DNA of 63,054 nt, filler included. It is 5 parts of 5 records of this genome, joined end to end, with 100 filler letters (N's around TTAATTAATTAA, not from the genome) between each part and the next. Parts side by side here need not be neighbours in the genome. Positions count along the whole stretch, not along the records: positions 54,171 to 63,054 come from DRR723986_5437; 4 more parts are not named here. The stretch is one strand, 5' to 3'. Shown here piece by piece: positions 59,145-63,054 of this stretch; the stretch's first letter is position 1, and every line of letters starts with the position of its first letter. A program made the translations under genes and the position numbers. The notes below the pieces were generated by a model that searched no databases, was not told the DNA's origin, and saw nothing but the letters and a program-made list of their open reading frames with translations.

Positions 59145-59894
59145 TTAGCGCGCCAGCCACCCGCCATCCACATTGATCACCGCGCCATTGATATAAGCGG
59201 CAGCCGGGCTGCACAAAAACGCAGCGGTCCAGCCGATATCACCCGGCTCGCCCCAGCGGCCGGCGGGAATGCGCTGCAAAATCGCCTCGTATCGGTCGGG
59301 GTCGTCCGTTAGCGATGCGGTGTTTTTCGTGCGCACATAGCCCGGCGCAATGGCGTTTACATTGATGCGCTGGCTGGCCCACTCATTGGCCATGCTTTTT
59401 GCCAGCCCGGCCACGCCATGCTTGGCGGCGGCATAGCTGGGCACACGGATACCCCCCTGAAACGACAAAACCGAGGCCACATGCACAATCGCGCCGCGGC
59501 TGGCGGCCTCGGGGGCCTCGGGCAGCGCCCTGGCAAAGGCCTGCGAGGTGAAAAACACCGATTTCAGGTTCACGTCCATCACCCGGTCCCACATGTCTTC
59601 GGGGTAGTCCATACTGTCTTCGCGCAGGATGATGCCCGCGTTATTCACCAAAATCGTATACTCTTGGCCGGCAAACATATCTTGCGCCGCCATCGGATCG
59701 GCCAGATCCAGGTGCAGCGTATCCGCCTGCCCGCCCGCAGCCCTGATCGCGGCCACGGTTTGCGTGGCCTCGGTGCGGCCCGCGCATGTGACCGCCGCAC
59801 CCATGGCAGCCAGCGCCTGCGCAATGGCCTGCCCGATGCCGGAATTGGCACCTGTAACAAAGGCCCGCCGGCCTGCCAGTGAAAATGGGGTCAT
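59145..59894 (-). CDS. Short-chain dehydrogenase, KduD-like
   Basis: TGANSGIG, NNAGI, SFQGGIRVPSYAAAKHG, NEWA, VDGGWLAR. Confidence 0.85.
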   Translation of the reverse strand: MTPFSLAGRRAFVTGANSGIGQAIAQALAAMGAAVTCAGRTEATQTVAAIRAAGGQADTLHLDLADPMAAQDMFAGQEYTILVNNAGIILREDSMDYPEDMWDRVMDVNLKSVFFTSQAFARALPEAPEAASRGAIVHVASVLSFQGGIRVPSYAAAKHGVAGLAKSMANEWASQRINVNAIAPGYVRTKNTASLTDDPDRYEAILQRIPAGRWGEPGDIGWTAAFLCSPAAAYINGAVINVDGGWLAR

Positions 59895-60087
59895 CTCTTG
59901 CCTCGCTTTCCCGTGTTGCAGGCTCGATGATAGCCCAACGGGGCGCGCTGTATAGCCCGCCCGCCACCGGCATGGGCCTGTAACAGGCGCGAATGCCCGC
60001 AAGGGGCCGGAATTTTGTAAATGAAATCATCGCCCCTACTGACAAAGCCGGCAAACTGCGCTAGGTCGGGACAAACAACCAAAGGAC

Positions 60088-60606
60088 ATGGACATGGACG
60101 GAACCTTTGCAGTGCTGTTTCTGGTCGCAGGTTTGACCGACATGAGCGCCAATTACTGCCAATCTGGCTGTCTGGCCCAAAACGCCACGCAGGCGCGTAT
60201 GGCCCTGTCGGCAGGCGATGTGCAGTTCCAAGATCGCAGCATCGGCAGCGAAATCTACGGGCGCTACAGCATGAACACCCGCTTTGGCCCCTTCCAGCCC
60301 GCGGTTGGCTTTTCCATGACCGATGACAACGCCAGCTGGCTGGGCATTGGCGCCACCTGGAGCACCAGCTTTTTAGGCGATCAAGCCTATGTCGAGCTGC
60401 ATTTGATGCCCGGCGTTTATGCCAAGGGCGATGGCCCCAATCTGGGCCATGATCTGGAATTCCGCTCGGGCATCGAGCTGGGGTATCAGGCGCGCAATGG
60501 CTGGCGCTATGGCATTTCCTACGATCACCGCTCGAATGCCGATATTGCGTCTTATAACCCGGGGCTGGAAACGCTGCAGTTCCGCGTCTCTATTCCGGTG
60601 AATTAA
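60088..60606 (+). CDS. PagL-like acyloxyacyl hydrolase / lipid A 3-O-deacylase
   Basis: LGHDLEFRSGIELGY, YDHRSNA, NPGLE. Confidence 0.75.
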   Translation: MDMDGTFAVLFLVAGLTDMSANYCQSGCLAQNATQARMALSAGDVQFQDRSIGSEIYGRYSMNTRFGPFQPAVGFSMTDDNASWLGIGATWSTSFLGDQAYVELHLMPGVYAKGDGPNLGHDLEFRSGIELGYQARNGWRYGISYDHRSNADIASYNPGLETLQFRVSIPVN

Positions 60607-60615
60607 CGCCCCCAA

Positions 60616-61353
60616 TCAGGCCCCCGGCAAGGCAAAGCGCCGGGGGGCCAGCCCTGATTGAAACCACCCCACCAGCGACAGCATGGAAAAGCAAGGCAGG
60701 CCCGTGGCCGCTGTAATATCGGCGGCATAAGGGCCCATATTGGTGCATTCCAGCACGATCGCCCCCAGATCGGGGTGCGCCTGCTGCAAGGCCAGCGCTG
60801 CATTCACATTATCAGCGCGGGCCTTTTCAACATCTAGCTGGCGCTCGTTGTCCAAAATGGCGCGGGTAAATTCGCTTAAACCCTCGGTTGTGCCAATCGG
60901 CGTGCCATCTGGCACGCGGGCGCCAGCCAGATGCCGCGGGCTTAGGCTGCTGGCTGAGATGGTTAAAATGCCAGCGCGCCGCCCGGCGGGCAACATGCGG
61001 TTGACCATATCGATCTGGCACAAAGACGAGCTGAGCACCGGCACTGGCAAGGCTTGGGTTAATTCATCTTGGAACATCGCCAGAAAGCCGCAATTGGTGG
61101 TAATCCCGTCGGCCCCATCAGCCACCAGCTGCTGGGCTGCCTCGATAAAGGCGGGCAACATGCCTTCGGCGCCGCGACGCACAACCAAATCGGGCGTTGC
61201 ATTGCGCACAATCCGGTAAAGCACCGGAAATGGCCAGCTGCCCGCATGGCCCATATCGCCGGGAATGCGCGGGAATTTGGCATCTAGCATCAAGATGCCC
61301 ACCGCCGCGCCGTAAATCGATTTACCACCCTGCGCAATCATTGCTGCCTCCAT
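60616..61353 (-). CDS. Aspartate/glutamate racemase-fold family protein
   Basis: GILMLDAKFPRIPGD, ITTNCGFL, IVLECTNM. Confidence 0.8.
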   Translation of the reverse strand: MEAAMIAQGGKSIYGAAVGILMLDAKFPRIPGDMGHAGSWPFPVLYRIVRNATPDLVVRRGAEGMLPAFIEAAQQLVADGADGITTNCGFLAMFQDELTQALPVPVLSSSLCQIDMVNRMLPAGRRAGILTISASSLSPRHLAGARVPDGTPIGTTEGLSEFTRAILDNERQLDVEKARADNVNAALALQQAHPDLGAIVLECTNMGPYAADITAATGLPCFSMLSLVGWFQSGLAPRRFALPGA

Positions 61354-61411
61354 CTATCTGGGGCCGACACTGCCCGGCAATTTGGCCGGTGAAAAGCGGT
61401 TTTTGCAGCGC

Positions 61412-62332
61412 CTAGGGGCGTGCATCGGTCTTGGCGGGGCTGGCCTGAAACGGGCGCAGCTCGTCTAGCAGCAGCGCAAGAAACGCTGTGCCCACCGCCG
61501 AAAGCGGCCGCACCCGCGAGGTGATAATCGCCATATCCATCAAGATCATCGGCTGAAAGGGCCGCGCCTCGAACCCGCCTTCGGCATCAAATTCCAACGC
61601 AAACGGATCAACCAGCGCCACGCCCATCCCCTCTTTCACAAAGCTCAGCAAATTGCGAAACAGCTGCGAATGCACCCGCGCCCGAATGGGAACGCCCACG
61701 TTTTGAAACGCCTCGCGCAGGCGGCGATGGGTCATGTGCTCTTGGCCCATCATCACAAAGGGCTGATTTTCCAACAGCTGCGGTGTCAGCACGCTGTGGC
61801 GCGCCAAAGGGTGCCCGGCAGGCAGCGCGATTTTGGTTTCAAAATGCAGCGGGTGCACATCAAACCCATCATGAACCAAGGGCAGTTCACAAATGCCGAT
61901 CTCGAACAGGCCCGCCGCCACCCATTCCTGCACCTTTGTGGAATATTGCGACTGAAACGAAATCGCCATATCCGGGCGGGTGCGGGCGAATTTGGCAATG
62001 ACCTTGGGCAAAAAGCCAAAGGAAATAGAATGCTGCGAGGCCACCTGCAACTGCCCCGCTTGCTTGTTTTGCAAATCGCGCACGGCCTGGGCCACGTGAT
62101 CTAGCCCGCGCACCACGGTATCCACCTCGCGAAACAGCACATCGGCCTCGGGGGTGGGCACCAGCCGCCCACGGCGGCGGTGAAACAGCGCAAAGCGCAC
62201 CTCACGTTCAAGCTGGGTCAACAAATTCGACAGGCCCGGCTGCGAAATACCCAGCTGCTGGGCGGCCGCGGTTACGGTGCCGGTTTCCACAGTGGCATGA
62301 AAGGCCTGCAATTGGCGAAAGCGTAAAGACAT
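61412..62332 (-). CDS. LysR family transcriptional regulator
   Basis: TVTAAAQQLGISQP HTH, LFHRRRGRLVPT. Confidence 0.92.
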   Translation of the reverse strand: MSLRFRQLQAFHATVETGTVTAAAQQLGISQPGLSNLLTQLEREVRFALFHRRRGRLVPTPEADVLFREVDTVVRGLDHVAQAVRDLQNKQAGQLQVASQHSISFGFLPKVIAKFARTRPDMAISFQSQYSTKVQEWVAAGLFEIGICELPLVHDGFDVHPLHFETKIALPAGHPLARHSVLTPQLLENQPFVMMGQEHMTHRRLREAFQNVGVPIRARVHSQLFRNLLSFVKEGMGVALVDPFALEFDAEGGFEARPFQPMILMDMAIITSRVRPLSAVGTAFLALLLDELRPFQASPAKTDARP

Positions 62333-62439
62333 GGGGCAAGCATAATATTTAATGATATCCTATGTAAATAATTGTATTTGAAATGATACACTGCCCTTGG
62401 CACGCTGCGAGGCATCAACCCCCCGAGTCGGACCGCGCA

Positions 62440-63054
62440 ATGCAGCACAGCCAAAAGACAATCGTGATCATCGGCGCAGGTATTGTTGGTGTCGCAACAG
62501 CGATATGGCTGCAGCGCGAGGGGCACAGGGTGATCTTGGTCGATCGCCAAGACCCGGGCGAAGGGGCCAGCCACGGCAATGGCGGGGTGCTGGCGGCCTG
62601 CTCGATCGTGCCGGTGACGGTGCCGGGCCTGCTGGCCAAGGCGCCGCGCATGCTGTTTGATAAAAACCAGCCTCTCTTCCTGAAATGGGCCTATCTGCCG
62701 AAATTGCTGCCGTGGCTGCGCAAATATCTGGCCCATGCCAATGTGGCCGATACCACGCGCATTGCGCAGGCGATGTATCCGATTGTGGGGGATAGTCTGG
62801 CCGATCATCAGGCCTTGGCGCAGGGCACGCCGGCGGCCCGGTATATCGTGCCCAGCGATTATCTTTACGTCTATAACTCGCGCGCGCATTTTCAGGCCGA
62901 TAGTTTTGGCTGGGGCTTGCGCCGCGATGCAGGATTTAGCTGGGACGAGCTGGAAGGCGCCGAATTTAGCGCCTACGATCCGGCCTTTGGCCCGCATTTG
63001 GGCTTTGCCGCAAAACTGGCCAATCATGGCCGCATCAGCGACCCGGGCGCCTAT
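62440..63054 (+). CDS. FAD-dependent D-amino-acid dehydrogenase-like oxidoreductase (3' truncated)
   Basis: Hand translation MQHSQKTIVIIGAGIVGVATAIWL...GASHGNGG; missing from the ORF track because it runs off the window. Confidence 0.85.
   Translation, partial: MQHSQKTIVIIGAGIVGVATAIWLQREGHRVILVDRQDPGEGASHGNGGVLAACSIVPVTVPGLLAKAPRMLFDKNQPLFLKWAYLPKLLPWLRKYLAHANVADTTRIAQAMYPIVGDSLADHQALAQGTPAARYIVPSDYLYVYNSRAHFQADSFGWGLRRDAGFSWDELEGAEFSAYDPAFGPHLGFAAKLANHGRISDPGAY

Overview
The window is not one locus. It is five contigs joined by artificial N44-TTAATTAATTAA-N44 spacers: 1-10470, 10571-28927, 29028-46983, 47084-54070 and 54171-63054. They probably come from several organisms. Contig 1 is of uncertain lineage, contigs 2, 3 and 5 look Rhodobacteraceae/Roseobacter-like, and contig 4 is an AT-richer, probably alphaproteobacterial, sequence. 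Most genes are ordinary housekeeping or metabolic genes (soeBC-like, dapA, slt, split mnmC, ada-like, nth, rppH, fadH, rluE, alkA, cimA, cysS, atm1-like, denD). Three observations stand out. (1) An HNH endonuclease gene is preceded by a ~370-nt hairpin-dense non-coding leader/RNA that ends in an intrinsic terminator. Its sigma70-type promoter overlaps tandem NrdR-like boxes, and a perfect DnaA box lies upstream. (2) A membrane-anchored ClpA-like double AAA+ ATPase with a ClpP-docking IGF loop is fused to a release-factor-2-like module that lacks GGQ. (3) An unannotated, probably leaderless 14-codon peptide, MNQSICIITCCITC (4 Cys, 4 Ile, 2 Thr), lies upstream of cysS-cimA and looks like a multi-amino-acid attenuator. 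Also seen: a cysS 3' end of divergent composition, a TonB-receptor pseudogene fragment, a three-site GntR operator regulon and several REP-like palindromes. All calls come from reading motifs by eye; no database searches or folding programs were run.
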